DNA of 57,957 nt from a virus (lineage: Duplodnaviria > Caudoviricetes), in the IMG/VR virus record IMGVR_UViG_3300041583_000163, positions 1 through 57,957 of that record; one strand, 5' to 3'. Positions 44,499 to 56,052 of the stretch are shown piece by piece (within the stretch, counting starts at the first letter, position 1; every line of letters starts with the position of its first letter). The notes beneath the pieces were generated by a model. That model was not told the origin of the DNA. It made no database searches and saw nothing but the letters and a program-made list of their open reading frames with translations. A program made the translations under genes and the position numbers.

Positions 44499-45440
44499 AT
44501 GGCAAGTACCTACTCCCCCGACCTCCGCATAGAGCTGATTGGTACTGGTGACCAAGCAGGAAACTGGGGTTCCACGACCAACACCAACTTAGGCACTCTG
44601 ATTGAGAAAGCCATTGTGGGCGTAGCCGCTGTGTCGGTTGTAGCAACGCCGCAGGCACTTACAGCCGCAAACGGTCTGGCAGATCAGGCGCGGCAGGCCA
44701 CGCTGGTGCTGACGACAACCACCACTGCAGACTTCTCGGTACTCGCACCCCCCACGCCCAAGCAGTACGTGGTGTACAACAACACGGCATACGTAGCCAC
44801 GCTGGGCAACGCTACAGCAGTTAACGGAACGACCCCCGCAGGCGGAGCCACAGTCACGGTGGCAGCGGGCAAGATCGCTAGTTTGTGGACAGATGGCACA
44901 AACTTCTTTGGGCAGAACACTGTTGCCGGGGATGTTACGCTTGCTGGGGTTCAGACGCTGACGAATAAAACGCTTGCTTTTGCCGCCAACACATTGACAG
45001 GTGTTGCGTCCACGGGGGCCAATACCTTCACAGGCGCGCAGATACTGTCGGATCAGAGGTTGTCGCGCTCTTTGTTGATCGACACAGGCTACCCGGTTCT
45101 TGACAAGGGTAACTCCGGTACAGCCACGCAGACGTATGACTATACACAGGGCAGCATTCAGACAGCTACCGCCACGGGTTCGCACACGGTAGCGTTTAGC
45201 AACTTCCCACCCACAGGCAATCTTGGCGAGTTGCTGTTTATTCTGACTAACGGGGGCGCGTTCACCGTCACGTGGCCCGGTAGCATTTTGTGGATGAAGC
45301 CCGATGGCACGACTACTTCTTCCATCTCGGTGTATTTGGCGGCTAACAGTGGCCGGACAGCTCTGCAGACATCGGGAGTGGACCAGTTCTTTTTCTGGAC
45401 CAGAAACGCCGGGACTACTGTCTACGGGAAGTTGATATGA
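44499..45440 (+). CDS. Tail fibre protein
   Basis: MASTYS..LRIELI.TG.Q.G.WG.TTNTNL anchor; QTLTNKTL; beta-rich C-terminus. Confidence 0.75.
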   Translation: MASTYSPDLRIELIGTGDQAGNWGSTTNTNLGTLIEKAIVGVAAVSVVATPQALTAANGLADQARQATLVLTTTTTADFSVLAPPTPKQYVVYNNTAYVATLGNATAVNGTTPAGGATVTVAAGKIASLWTDGTNFFGQNTVAGDVTLAGVQTLTNKTLAFAANTLTGVASTGANTFTGAQILSDQRLSRSLLIDTGYPVLDKGNSGTATQTYDYTQGSIQTATATGSHTVAFSNFPPTGNLGELLFILTNGGAFTVTWPGSILWMKPDGTTTSSISVYLAANSGRTALQTSGVDQFFFWTRNAGTTVYGKLI

Positions 45441-46447
45441 GTCTTTTGCAGTTAACGTCACTGGGGGTTGTTGCTAAAAAAATCGACATAGCAATAGCAC
45501 ACAATAGTGCCCCCTTTATTTCAGTCTACCCTTGGTCTTCTGGGTTCGGCACCAAGTACGCCAACCCGTCAACAGCAGTTCCAAGTGCCGGGCTTGGCGT
45601 GGCTTTCAGCCCTTCTGGCAATGACATAGCAATAGCACACATTGATGCCCCCAACATCTCAGTTTACCCTTGGTCTTCTGGGTTTGGTACTAAGTACGCC
45701 AACCCCTCAACAGCGATCCCAAATGTCGGGCTTGGCGTGGCTTTCAGCCCTTCTGGCAATGACATAGCAATAGCACACATTGGTGCCCCCAACATTTCAG
45801 TCTACCCTTGGTCTTCTGGGTTCGGCACCAAGTACGCCAACCCGTCAACAGCGATCCCAAGTGCCGGGCGTGGCGTGGCTTTCAGCCCTTCTGGCAATGA
45901 CATAGCAATAGCACACGATATTGCCCCCAACATTTCAGTCTACCCTTGGTCTTCTGGGTTCGGCACCAAGTACGCCAACCCGTCAACAGCAGTTCCAAGT
46001 AACGGGCTTGGCGTGGCTTTCAGCCCTTCTGGCAATGACATAGCAATAGCACACGAGGGTGCCCCCTTTATTTCAGTCTACCCTTGGTCTTCTGGGTTCG
46101 GCACCAAGTACGCCAACCCCTCAACAGCGATCCCAAATATCGGGAATGGCGTGGCTTTCAGCCCTTCTGGCAATGACATAGCAATAGCACACAATAGTGC
46201 CCCCAACATTTCAGTCTACCCTTGGTCTTCTGGGTTCGGCACCAAGTACGCCAACCCGTCAACAGCGATCCCAAGTGCCGGGCGTGGCGTGGCTTTCAGC
46301 CCTTCTGGCAATGACATAGCAATAGCACACAATGATGCCCCCAACATCTCAGTTTACCCTTGGTCTTCTGGGTTCGGCACCAAGTACGCCAACCCGTCAA
46401 CAGCAGTTCCAAGTAACGGGGTTGGTGTGGCTTTCAGCCCTTCTTAA
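45437..46447 (+). CDS. Seven-bladed WD40-like beta-propeller, putative receptor-binding tip
   Basis: 7 x 46-aa near-identical repeats (VAFSPSGNDIAIAH...); coupled to the tail fibre gene. Confidence 0.85.
   Translation: MSLLQLTSLGVVAKKIDIAIAHNSAPFISVYPWSSGFGTKYANPSTAVPSAGLGVAFSPSGNDIAIAHIDAPNISVYPWSSGFGTKYANPSTAIPNVGLGVAFSPSGNDIAIAHIGAPNISVYPWSSGFGTKYANPSTAIPSAGRGVAFSPSGNDIAIAHDIAPNISVYPWSSGFGTKYANPSTAVPSNGLGVAFSPSGNDIAIAHEGAPFISVYPWSSGFGTKYANPSTAIPNIGNGVAFSPSGNDIAIAHNSAPNISVYPWSSGFGTKYANPSTAIPSAGRGVAFSPSGNDIAIAHNDAPNISVYPWSSGFGTKYANPSTAVPSNGVGVAFSPS
45485..46444 (+). repeat. 138-bp tandem repeat x7 (coding)
   Basis: Units start at 45485, 45623 and onward with a 138-bp period. Confidence 0.95.
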
Positions 46448-46450
46448 AAA

Positions 46451-46762
46451 ATGAACAAACAAGAAACACTAAAAACATCTTTGCAGCAACGCAAAGAAGA
46501 GATATTCGGTTACCAACTGAACATCGACAACTACACATTGATGGTTTCAAGGCTCCCATCCGTCTGGCCTGAAGACATGCTCAAATTCCGAGGGGCCGAT
46601 CTTGCCACGCTGGTCGCCAACATTCAGGACGAAGCGCAGATCATGCTGGTAGCAGACCTTATCTTTCGAGACAAGCTAGCAGCCACACTGATGACCGAAA
46701 AGCTGGAGCAGCGAAAAGCACTGTTGGTGCGCGACATTCTGGCTGAACAAATTAAGGACTAA
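46451..46762 (+). CDS. Helical protein downstream of the propeller (possible chaperone)
   Basis: R.EE...YQ.NIDNY...L.TEKLEQ.K. Confidence 0.65.
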   Translation: MNKQETLKTSLQQRKEEIFGYQLNIDNYTLMVSRLPSVWPEDMLKFRGADLATLVANIQDEAQIMLVADLIFRDKLAATLMTEKLEQRKALLVRDILAEQIKD

Positions 46763-46764
46763 AT

Positions 46765-47256
46765 ATGTTTTACATACGACTTGCCGACAACAAATATCCG
46801 CTCACGGAGACGCAAGTCCGTGCCGCGTTCCCCAACACGAGTTTTCCCAAAGACCTGGGTGAGCCTGAAGGGTACGCCGCCATTGTGTTCAAGCCTGCGC
46901 CAGCAGTCGATCAGACCCTTCAGCAGGTAGTTGAGACAACCCCAGCGCTCGTTAACGGCGAGTACGCCCAGCAGTGGCGTGTGCTGAACCTGACTGCCGA
47001 AGACGTAGAAGCCAAGCGCCTTGCATCAGTCCCTGCGACCGTGACACCAAGGCAGATTCGACAGGCCCTGAGCGCATTCGGGCTGCGCTCCGCAGTAGAA
47101 GACGCTGTGGCGGCCGGCAGTTTAGATCTTCAGGATTGGTGGAACTACGCAAGTGAGTTAGAGCGCAGCAACACGCAGGTCAACGCCATGGCCACGAGTT
47201 TAGGAATCACCTCCTTGCAGCTGGACGATCTGTTCGTAGCCGCCAGCAAGATCTGA
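46765..47256 (+). CDS. Tail fibre assembly-like protein
   Basis: YP.T...R..FPNTSFP; VTPRQIRQAL...LD.LF..A. Confidence 0.65.
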   Translation: MFYIRLADNKYPLTETQVRAAFPNTSFPKDLGEPEGYAAIVFKPAPAVDQTLQQVVETTPALVNGEYAQQWRVLNLTAEDVEAKRLASVPATVTPRQIRQALSAFGLRSAVEDAVAAGSLDLQDWWNYASELERSNTQVNAMATSLGITSLQLDDLFVAASKI

Positions 47257-47263
47257 GGTTAAG

Positions 47264-47740
47264 ATGATCCCATTACTCCCCGCTATTCTCTCCACGCTGC
47301 TGGCGAACAACCTGCCGAAAGTGGCGCAGGCGGTGCTGGACAGGGGTCTGGACTACGTGCAAGAAAAGACTGGCATCGAGATCAAGCCTGATATGTCGGG
47401 CGAGGAGATCACAGCGCTGCGTGATGCCGCCCAGAAGCACGTCGAGCTGGCCAACCAGGACCGCGCAGATGCCCGCGCCATGCAGGTGGCTGCACTGCAG
47501 CAAGAAGACAGCTTCTCCAAGCGCTTCGTAATGTACCTCACCATCTTCTGGTCCGTGGTGTCTTCGCTCTACATCGCGGGTATCACATTCATCGAGCTGC
47601 CTATAGCCAGCACACGCTTCGCAGACACGATCCTTGGTTTTCTGCTGGGCACAGTCATTAGCGCCTTCGTGCAGTTCTGGGTGGGTTCATCCAACGGCAG
47701 CCACAAGAAGACTGACCTCATGGGCGGAGGCCGAAAATGA
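47264..47740 (+). CDS. Putative holin
   Basis: DR.DAR.MQ, two TM segments, F..GSS.GS; directly upstream of the endolysin. Confidence 0.7.
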   Translation: MIPLLPAILSTLLANNLPKVAQAVLDRGLDYVQEKTGIEIKPDMSGEEITALRDAAQKHVELANQDRADARAMQVAALQQEDSFSKRFVMYLTIFWSVVSSLYIAGITFIELPIASTRFADTILGFLLGTVISAFVQFWVGSSNGSHKKTDLMGGGRK

Positions 47741-48405
47741 TCCCTTTGAGCCCGGATCAGTTGATGCTGGCCACGGGGTCGAACCGCGCCAACGCGGAGT
47801 TGTTTCTGCCCTTCTTGCAGGGCACCTGCAAAGCCTATGACATCACGAGCCCACTGCGTGTCGCGGCGTTCCTGAGCCAGATCGGGCACGAGTCTGGTGG
47901 GCTATCCCAGCTCGAAGAGAACCTGAACTACTCGGCCATGGGCCTTGCGGCCACATGGCCCACACGCTTTGCACAACGCGACATGTCGGGTGCCTACCTG
48001 AAAGACGCCAAAGGGCGCCACCTGCCGACGGAGCGCGCGCGACTGTTTCATCGCAAGCCCGAGATGATTGCAAACTCCGTGTACGCCAACCGAATGGGCA
48101 ATGGCTCCGAGGAGTCTGGCGACGGATGGCGCCACCGGGGCTTCGGCCTGAAACAGCTGACTGGCAAGAACAACCAGCGTGCGTGCGGGCGCGCCATTGG
48201 GGAGAACTTTGAACTACACCCCGAGCGCTTGATGCTGCCAGTGAACGCGGCACTTTCTGCTGGATGGTTCTGGTCGGTGAACAAGCTTAACCGGCTGGCT
48301 GACACTGGTGATGTCCGAGGGATGACGCTCGCAATCAATGGCGGTACTATAGGGCTTGCCCAGCGCGAGGCGCTGTACCAGCAGGCGCTTCCTGCGTTCG
48401 CATAA
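47737..48405 (+). CDS. Endolysin, glycoside hydrolase family 19
   Basis: AAFLSQIGHESGG...EENLNYS; GDGWRHRG.G.KQLTGKNN; SAGWFW; INGG. Confidence 0.9.
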   Translation: MIPLSPDQLMLATGSNRANAELFLPFLQGTCKAYDITSPLRVAAFLSQIGHESGGLSQLEENLNYSAMGLAATWPTRFAQRDMSGAYLKDAKGRHLPTERARLFHRKPEMIANSVYANRMGNGSEESGDGWRHRGFGLKQLTGKNNQRACGRAIGENFELHPERLMLPVNAALSAGWFWSVNKLNRLADTGDVRGMTLAINGGTIGLAQREALYQQALPAFA

Positions 48406-48413
48406 GGACCGTC

Positions 48414-50462
48414 ATGCCCCTTCAAAAACTTCAGCTGCGTCCAGGACTGGTGCGAGAGGGCACCTCTTTGTCAAACAAGGGGGGTTTTTTCGACGGGGAC
48501 AAGATCCGGTTTCGGTGGGGATACGCAGAAAAGATCGGTGGTTGGATAAGCGATACCGGGCGCGCTGACGCGACGCTGCAACCCCCAGTAAACCCTGCAC
48601 CACTTAGGCCCGCCTCTTTCTGGGGCATCTGCCGCTCACTTCGCGGGTGGCTCACGCTTGCAAACCTGAACCTGTTGGGGTTGGGCACTCACCTCAAGTA
48701 TTACATTCAGAACGGCCCTGGGGGCAGCTTCTACGACATCACACCACTCAGAGCCACCACGGCCGCAGGGGACGTCACATTCGCAGCCACCACGGGCTCC
48801 ACGACGCTCACGGTAACGAACACAACACACGGTGCCCAGGCTCATGATTTTGTGACTTTCAGCGACGCTGTGTCCTTGGGCGGCGTCATCACGGCGGGCG
48901 TTCTAAACGCAGAGTTTCAGGTCGTCTCGATACTCACAGGGGACACCTACACCGTGGTGGCAGGGGTTGCGGCGGATGCGAGTGATACGGGCGACGGAGG
49001 AGCCGCTGCTGTAGGCGCGTACCAAGTCACAACCGGGGGTGAAATATACACAGTCAATGTGGGCTGGGGTGCGGGCGGTTGGGGCGGTGTCAACACGGGG
49101 TTTGCGGCAACGGGCTGGGGGGACGCCTCGTTTGCAGGCTTGGGCATTGGCGCCCAGCTGCGCTTGTGGAGCGACAAAAACTTCGGTGAGAACTTGATAC
49201 TCAACTACCGAGGTGGCCCTTTGTACTTTTGGGCGGTCAACAACTCGCCCACCGTCTTTGATCGGGCGCAGACACTGGGGCCCGGCGCCAGCGTAGTGGT
49301 CAAGAACGTCCTGACAGGCTCGGGCACCACCACGGTATCCGTGGACACGTCTTGCCCGCTGATGGCCAACTATGTGATTGTCTCAGACTCATCGCGATTC
49401 ATCATCGCTTTCGGGTGCAACGACTACGGATCTACCGTACAGACGCCCATGCTTGTGCGCTGGTCGGATCAAGAAGACTTCTCGGTCTGGGCGCCTGCAA
49501 TAACCAATCAGGCCGGCAGCTACACGCTCAGCAGCGGCTCCACCATCATCACAGCGCTACAGACACGTCAGGAGATTCTGGTCTTCACAGATGCCTCGGT
49601 GTACGCCATGCAGTACCTGGGCCCGCCCTTTGTCTGGGGCTTTCAGCTGGTGGGCGATAACATCTCCATCATGGGTCCTAATGCGGCCGTTAGCGTCAAC
49701 AGCATTACGTACTGGATGGGTGTTGATAAGTTCTACACCTACTCGGGTCGGGTCGAGACACTCCCCTGTTCTGTGCGGCAGTACGTTTTTGATGATCTGA
49801 ACTTGGACCAGAAGTTTCAGTTCTTTGCAGGAACCAACGAGGGATACGACGAGGTTTGGTGGTACTACTGCTCCATTACGGGTGACAGTGGTCTGGGCAC
49901 TGCGGCAAATCCCAACACAGTGGTGGACCGATATGTGATTTACAACCACCTGGAACGCATCTGGTACTACGGAACCTTGAGCCGAACGGCGTGGTCTGAC
50001 GACCCGCTACGGAACACCCCTACGGCTTCGGGCTACAACGGCCAGCTTCTCTATCACGAGAACGGTGTTGATGATGGCACCACCTCCCCGGACAGCCCAA
50101 TTGTCTCGTACGTGGAGTCCTCGGACTTTGATATTGGAGACGGGCACAGCTACGGGTTTGCTTGGCGCATCGTGCCAGACATTTCTTTCGATGGGTCTTC
50201 GTCGGACAGCCCCACTGCCAACTTTACAATACGTCCTCGGCGAAACCCGGGTGCGGCGTATGGGCCGGACAACAACCCCAGCGTAACCAGCAAAAGCGAC
50301 TACCGCCAGCGCGGGAGCTACAAGGTACAGCTGTTCACGGAGATTGTCTACGTACGGGCTAGAGGCCGACAGCTTTCGCTCTCCGTGGGTTCTTCAGAGT
50401 TGGGCGTGAAGTGGCGGCTGGGCATCCCGAGACTTGACGTACGCCCTGACGGCAGAGCTTGA
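48414..50462 (+). CDS. Tail nozzle/stabilisation protein (tail tubular B / P22 gp10-like)
   Basis: 682 aa; DKIRFR.G..EKIGGW, VRWSDQE, EVWWYY, R.DVRPDGR. Confidence 0.75.
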   Translation: MPLQKLQLRPGLVREGTSLSNKGGFFDGDKIRFRWGYAEKIGGWISDTGRADATLQPPVNPAPLRPASFWGICRSLRGWLTLANLNLLGLGTHLKYYIQNGPGGSFYDITPLRATTAAGDVTFAATTGSTTLTVTNTTHGAQAHDFVTFSDAVSLGGVITAGVLNAEFQVVSILTGDTYTVVAGVAADASDTGDGGAAAVGAYQVTTGGEIYTVNVGWGAGGWGGVNTGFAATGWGDASFAGLGIGAQLRLWSDKNFGENLILNYRGGPLYFWAVNNSPTVFDRAQTLGPGASVVVKNVLTGSGTTTVSVDTSCPLMANYVIVSDSSRFIIAFGCNDYGSTVQTPMLVRWSDQEDFSVWAPAITNQAGSYTLSSGSTIITALQTRQEILVFTDASVYAMQYLGPPFVWGFQLVGDNISIMGPNAAVSVNSITYWMGVDKFYTYSGRVETLPCSVRQYVFDDLNLDQKFQFFAGTNEGYDEVWWYYCSITGDSGLGTAANPNTVVDRYVIYNHLERIWYYGTLSRTAWSDDPLRNTPTASGYNGQLLYHENGVDDGTTSPDSPIVSYVESSDFDIGDGHSYGFAWRIVPDISFDGSSSDSPTANFTIRPRRNPGAAYGPDNNPSVTSKSDYRQRGSYKVQLFTEIVYVRARGRQLSLSVGSSELGVKWRLGIPRLDVRPDGRA

Positions 50463-50466
50463 CACC

Positions 50467-50721
50467 ATGCCAACACCACAGAAAATAGCCCCACCGCAGC
50501 TGCCCGTAGCGCCTTTGGAATACGACCGGAGGTACATGGAGCAGCTGCTGAATTCGCTGCGGATCTACTTCAACCAACTGAGTAGCGTGTCCGCGCTGAG
50601 TGCCGCCGCCCTGAATCTTGACTTGCGAACGCTGCCTACCGAAGCGGCGCTGGCCACACTGCGCAGCGGGGACGTGTACCGAGACACGACCGCAGGTGAC
50701 GTGCTCAAGATTAAGACCTAA
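50467..50721 (+). CDS. Small virion protein
   Basis: P.LP.AP.EYD..Y..QL.N.LR.YFNQL. Confidence 0.7.
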   Translation: MPTPQKIAPPQLPVAPLEYDRRYMEQLLNSLRIYFNQLSSVSALSAAALNLDLRTLPTEAALATLRSGDVYRDTTAGDVLKIKT

Positions 50722-50743
50722 AATCGGTCAACGAGGTACACCC

Positions 50744-52347
<1,604 letters not shown>

Positions 52348-52351
<4 letters not shown>

Positions 52352-52752
52352 TTGTGCAGCACGTCCCGCTTGAATGGGTGCAGGCTACATGGCCGCGTGT
52401 CGAGCGTTTTGTTGAGCAGGGTATTGCGGGCGTCTCGGACGAATACACAGCCGCTGAACTTCGGACATTGGTTGCCGCAGGGCAGATGGTGCTCCTCGTG
52501 ATGGTGGACGCCGCACAGATTCACGGTGCTGTTGTGGTGCAGATTTTCAACCGTCCTCGCCAGCGCGTGGCGTTTGTAGTGTCCATTGGGGGGAGTGGCA
52601 TCAGCACCAAAGACACCTTCGCACAGCTCAAGGGTGTTCTGTTGTCGTTCGGCGCTACGGTTCTAGAGGGTGCAGCAAGCGCCGCTGTGGCACGTTTGTG
52701 GAGCCAGTATGGCGCCACCGAAAAATACCGAATTGTTGGAGTTGATCTATGA
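52348..52752 (+). CDS. GNAT-fold-like protein in the ejection module
   Basis: W..VE.F...VVSIGG...GA..LEGA....VARLW..YG; position between ejection genes. Confidence 0.5.
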
Positions 52753-55700
52753 ACTATTCACGCCGTGAGTTGTATGCAGCAGGCGAGCCGTTTGGGGAGT
52801 CAGCAACCCGCCGGGAAGTCGGGGGCCGTATTGTCTATGGCGGTGGAGGCGGGGGCAACACGACGGCTACGTCGAACACCTCAAACGTACCGGCCTACGC
52901 CGAGGGTGCTTTCAAGGACATGCTGGGCCGGGCAGACGCTCTGTCGAATGCGCCCTTTGTGCCATATGGCGGCGAAAGAAACGCTCAGTTCACACCCTTG
53001 CAGCAACAAGCATTTGGTAGTGCTGCCGGGCAGCAAGTAGCACCTCAGGTCGGGCAGGCGTCGGGCCTTGCCGCTGCCGCGTCTCAGCAAGCGATGGGTT
53101 CTGGCCAATTCGGTCCAGGCACCTTTACCCCGATGGGTGTGCAGGCACCGCAGCTCTCCAACTTTCAGATGGGGCCGGCACAGCAAGTCAGCTCAGAGCG
53201 TGTCAACGCGCAAAACATTGAAGCGGCACAAACCGGATACAACCCAAACATTCAGCAGTTTCAGATGGGGCCTGCGGAGCGCGTCGGGACAACCTCGTTT
53301 ACGCAGCCGGGGGCTGCGCAGCAGTTCATGAACCCGTACATGCAGAACGTGGTGAACATACAGACGCGCGAGGCGCAGCGAAACGCTGACATTGCGGGCA
53401 CCCAACGTGGTGCAGATGCTGTTCGAGCAGGAGGCTTCGGGGGTTCTCGCCAAGCGATCATGGACGCCGAGGCGCAGCGTAACCTGTCACAACAACTTGG
53501 AGACATCCAGGCCACAGGTAGCCAAGCCGCCTTCCAGCAGGCACAAAACCAGTTCAACGCTGAGCAGGGTATTGGGCTGCAAGCTGCCCAGGCGAACCAA
53601 CAGGCCGGACTCACGACGGGGCAGCAAAACTTGTCTTCCAACTTGAGCACACAGCAGTTGGGGGTGCAAACAGGACTGCAGACGGCACTGGCTAACCTGA
53701 GCAATCAGCAGCAATCAAACGTCCAGAACGCTGCAAACAATTTGCAGGCGCAGGGCATGAACCAAGAGTCGGCGCTTCGCGCGGCACTGGCTAACCAGCA
53801 AGCAGATTTAACAACGGGGCAACAAAACCTAGCCGCTCAGCTCAGCACACAGCAGCTTGGTGCTCAGACGGGCATGCAGGCGCAGCTGGCTAACCAGCAG
53901 ACGGGCATGGACGCACAGCGGGCATTTGAGCAGTCACGTCAGTTTGGACGGTCGTCAGAGATACAAGGTGCTCAGGCAGCGTTGCAAGGTGCCAATACGC
54001 TGGGCCAGTTGGGCCAGCAGCAGTTTGGCCAGCAGATGGACATAACCCAGCAGCAGAACAACTTAGGCAACCAGCAGCAGCAGAACGTCCAGCGCATCCT
54101 TGACCAGCAGTTTGGGGACTTCCAAGCCGAACGAGATCGGCCATTCCAGCAGATTGGCTTTCAGTCAGACTTGCTGCGCGGCGCGGGGTCGACCACACGC
54201 ACCATGGCCCCAGGCCCATCAGCGCTGTCTCAGATAACTGGGGCAGGCGTTGCCGCAGCAGGGCTCGGCGCATTCAAAGCCGAAGGTGGCATAGTAAGCG
54301 CTCGGGGCTACGCCGAAGGCGGTGAGATTGAAGGCGCTCGCTACGCAGGTGGTTTTGCCGCAGGTGGTATCACAGAACCCTTGGCACTCCCAGATCGGCT
54401 GCGTACCTTGTCGGATCAGCAGCTGTCGCAGTTCGCGCAGCAGAACAAGGAAGACTTGTTCTCGATGGCCTTGGCCAAGTCCGAGACGGACGCTCGCGCA
54501 CGAATGCGCCAGATGGGTGCGCCCACCCAAGCCCCACAGGGCACCGTGATGGACGAGGTGTCGGCCGAGATGGCGCCGCAGGCAGACCCGATGATGGGCG
54601 GCATTGCCGCAGGCGCACCTGACATGGACTTTGCCGATGGTGGCATTGTGGGTTTTGCAGAAGGCGGCACTTCCTCGCAGTTCATGCAAGATCTGTCGCA
54701 ACTCCCCGCGCGGTTTGACGCGTTCAAGGAGCGCACCCGAATCAGCGACGCAGAGAAAAAAGCCCGAGAGGACGCTTCTAGAGCATTTCGTGACGAGCGA
54801 ATGTCCGAGCGGCAAAAGACCAGCTTCGGTAACTACCTCTTCGGTTCTCCCGAACGCGAGGCCGAGGGGTTGGCAAACATGCAAGCGCAGGATGCGGCGG
54901 CTGCGGCGGCCCTGGCAGATAGAGAAGCACAGGCCAACTACGGCAACGAAGGTCGACGCACGCCAACAACCCTTGCCGCGCCGGCATCTCAAAGTCGCCC
55001 CAATCAAGCACCTGGAGCTGGCCAAGGTATTGCAGCCGCAGTACCCCCCACGAGAGCGCCCGCTGCGCCGGCGGCGTCAGGCGGACAAGGCATTGCAGCT
55101 GCGGCGCGTGTCGCACCGGGTGCAGCACAGGCACCTCAAACTGCTGCCGAACTTATGGCTCAAATGCGAGCGCTGTCTGGAGCAGACGTAGCAGAAGGCC
55201 GGATGCGTGCAGATCAGCAAGAAATCAACGCGCTGGGTGCCAAGGGCTCCGAACAAGACAGGGCTGACTTCGAGGCAGAGGTCGCGCAGCGCTCCGTGCT
55301 GGGGGCTGAACGCGAGAAGCGTTTGAAGACTCAAGAAGATCGGGCCGAGGCGGGTGACAAAAAGAGCTTCAACATGGCGCTGGTAGAAGCCGGGCTGGCC
55401 ATCATGGGCGGACAGTCTCCTAACGCACTGACCAACATCGCCGAGGGCGCCAAAGCAGGCGTCAAGGGCTTTCAGGCGCGGCTGGACAAGTACGAGACCG
55501 AGAAGCAGCGCCTTGATGACGCCCGAGACCGCATTGACGAACTTCGGCGTGCCGAGGGTATGGCCGACGGCAAAGAGAAACGCTTGTTGGGCCGTGAGAT
55601 CCGCACCACGGAGCTGGCAGGCAAGCAGGCGCTTGCTAAGATAAACGTTGACATCTTCGGAGCCACGCAAAAGCAAGCCGACAGTGCTGCCAAAGCGGCG

Positions 55701-56045
55701 TTTGAGCGGGATGCTGCTGCAGTGGCTGCTGCGCTGCAGCAGGCCAGCACCGAGCGGACGGCGGAGATATACAGGCCTCCCGGTGATGGCGGCGCTCGAT
55801 CAGCGCTTACCCTAAGCAAAGAGGAGACCCGCGTACTTCTCGGACGTCAGACGTCTATACAGAGAGACCTGAATGGTGCTCTTAAGAGCCCCTTCCGAGA
55901 AGAAGATAAGCAGCGAAAGGCGGCTTTGATTGTGGAGCTTGATGAGATACGTTCGTTGCTTAGGTCTGGGGCGGGTCAAGCGCCTGCTGTAGACTCAAAC
56001 GTGACTCGCTTGCGCTTTGACGCGCAGGGCAACCCGATCCAATAA
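52749..56045 (+). CDS. Large Gln/Ala-rich internal virion/DNA transfer protein
   Basis: 1098 aa; FMNPY.QNV, AGGFGGSRQAI, multiple [FY]AxGG motifs. Confidence 0.7.
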   Translation: MNYSRRELYAAGEPFGESATRREVGGRIVYGGGGGGNTTATSNTSNVPAYAEGAFKDMLGRADALSNAPFVPYGGERNAQFTPLQQQAFGSAAGQQVAPQVGQASGLAAAASQQAMGSGQFGPGTFTPMGVQAPQLSNFQMGPAQQVSSERVNAQNIEAAQTGYNPNIQQFQMGPAERVGTTSFTQPGAAQQFMNPYMQNVVNIQTREAQRNADIAGTQRGADAVRAGGFGGSRQAIMDAEAQRNLSQQLGDIQATGSQAAFQQAQNQFNAEQGIGLQAAQANQQAGLTTGQQNLSSNLSTQQLGVQTGLQTALANLSNQQQSNVQNAANNLQAQGMNQESALRAALANQQADLTTGQQNLAAQLSTQQLGAQTGMQAQLANQQTGMDAQRAFEQSRQFGRSSEIQGAQAALQGANTLGQLGQQQFGQQMDITQQQNNLGNQQQQNVQRILDQQFGDFQAERDRPFQQIGFQSDLLRGAGSTTRTMAPGPSALSQITGAGVAAAGLGAFKAEGGIVSARGYAEGGEIEGARYAGGFAAGGITEPLALPDRLRTLSDQQLSQFAQQNKEDLFSMALAKSETDARARMRQMGAPTQAPQGTVMDEVSAEMAPQADPMMGGIAAGAPDMDFADGGIVGFAEGGTSSQFMQDLSQLPARFDAFKERTRISDAEKKAREDASRAFRDERMSERQKTSFGNYLFGSPEREAEGLANMQAQDAAAAAALADREAQANYGNEGRRTPTTLAAPASQSRPNQAPGAGQGIAAAVPPTRAPAAPAASGGQGIAAAARVAPGAAQAPQTAAELMAQMRALSGADVAEGRMRADQQEINALGAKGSEQDRADFEAEVAQRSVLGAEREKRLKTQEDRAEAGDKKSFNMALVEAGLAIMGGQSPNALTNIAEGAKAGVKGFQARLDKYETEKQRLDDARDRIDELRRAEGMADGKEKRLLGREIRTTELAGKQALAKINVDIFGATQKQADSAAKAAFERDAAAVAAALQQASTERTAEIYRPPGDGGARSALTLSKEETRVLLGRQTSIQRDLNGALKSPFREEDKQRKAALIVELDEIRSLLRSGAGQAPAVDSNVTRLRFDAQGNPIQ

Positions 56046-56052
56046 GGCCCCC

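Noticed and set aside
45437-46447. Complete diversity-generating retroelement
   Set aside because: I found no reverse transcriptase, Avd or separate template repeat, and silent adenines in the blades are mostly invariant. Kept only as an open hypothesis.
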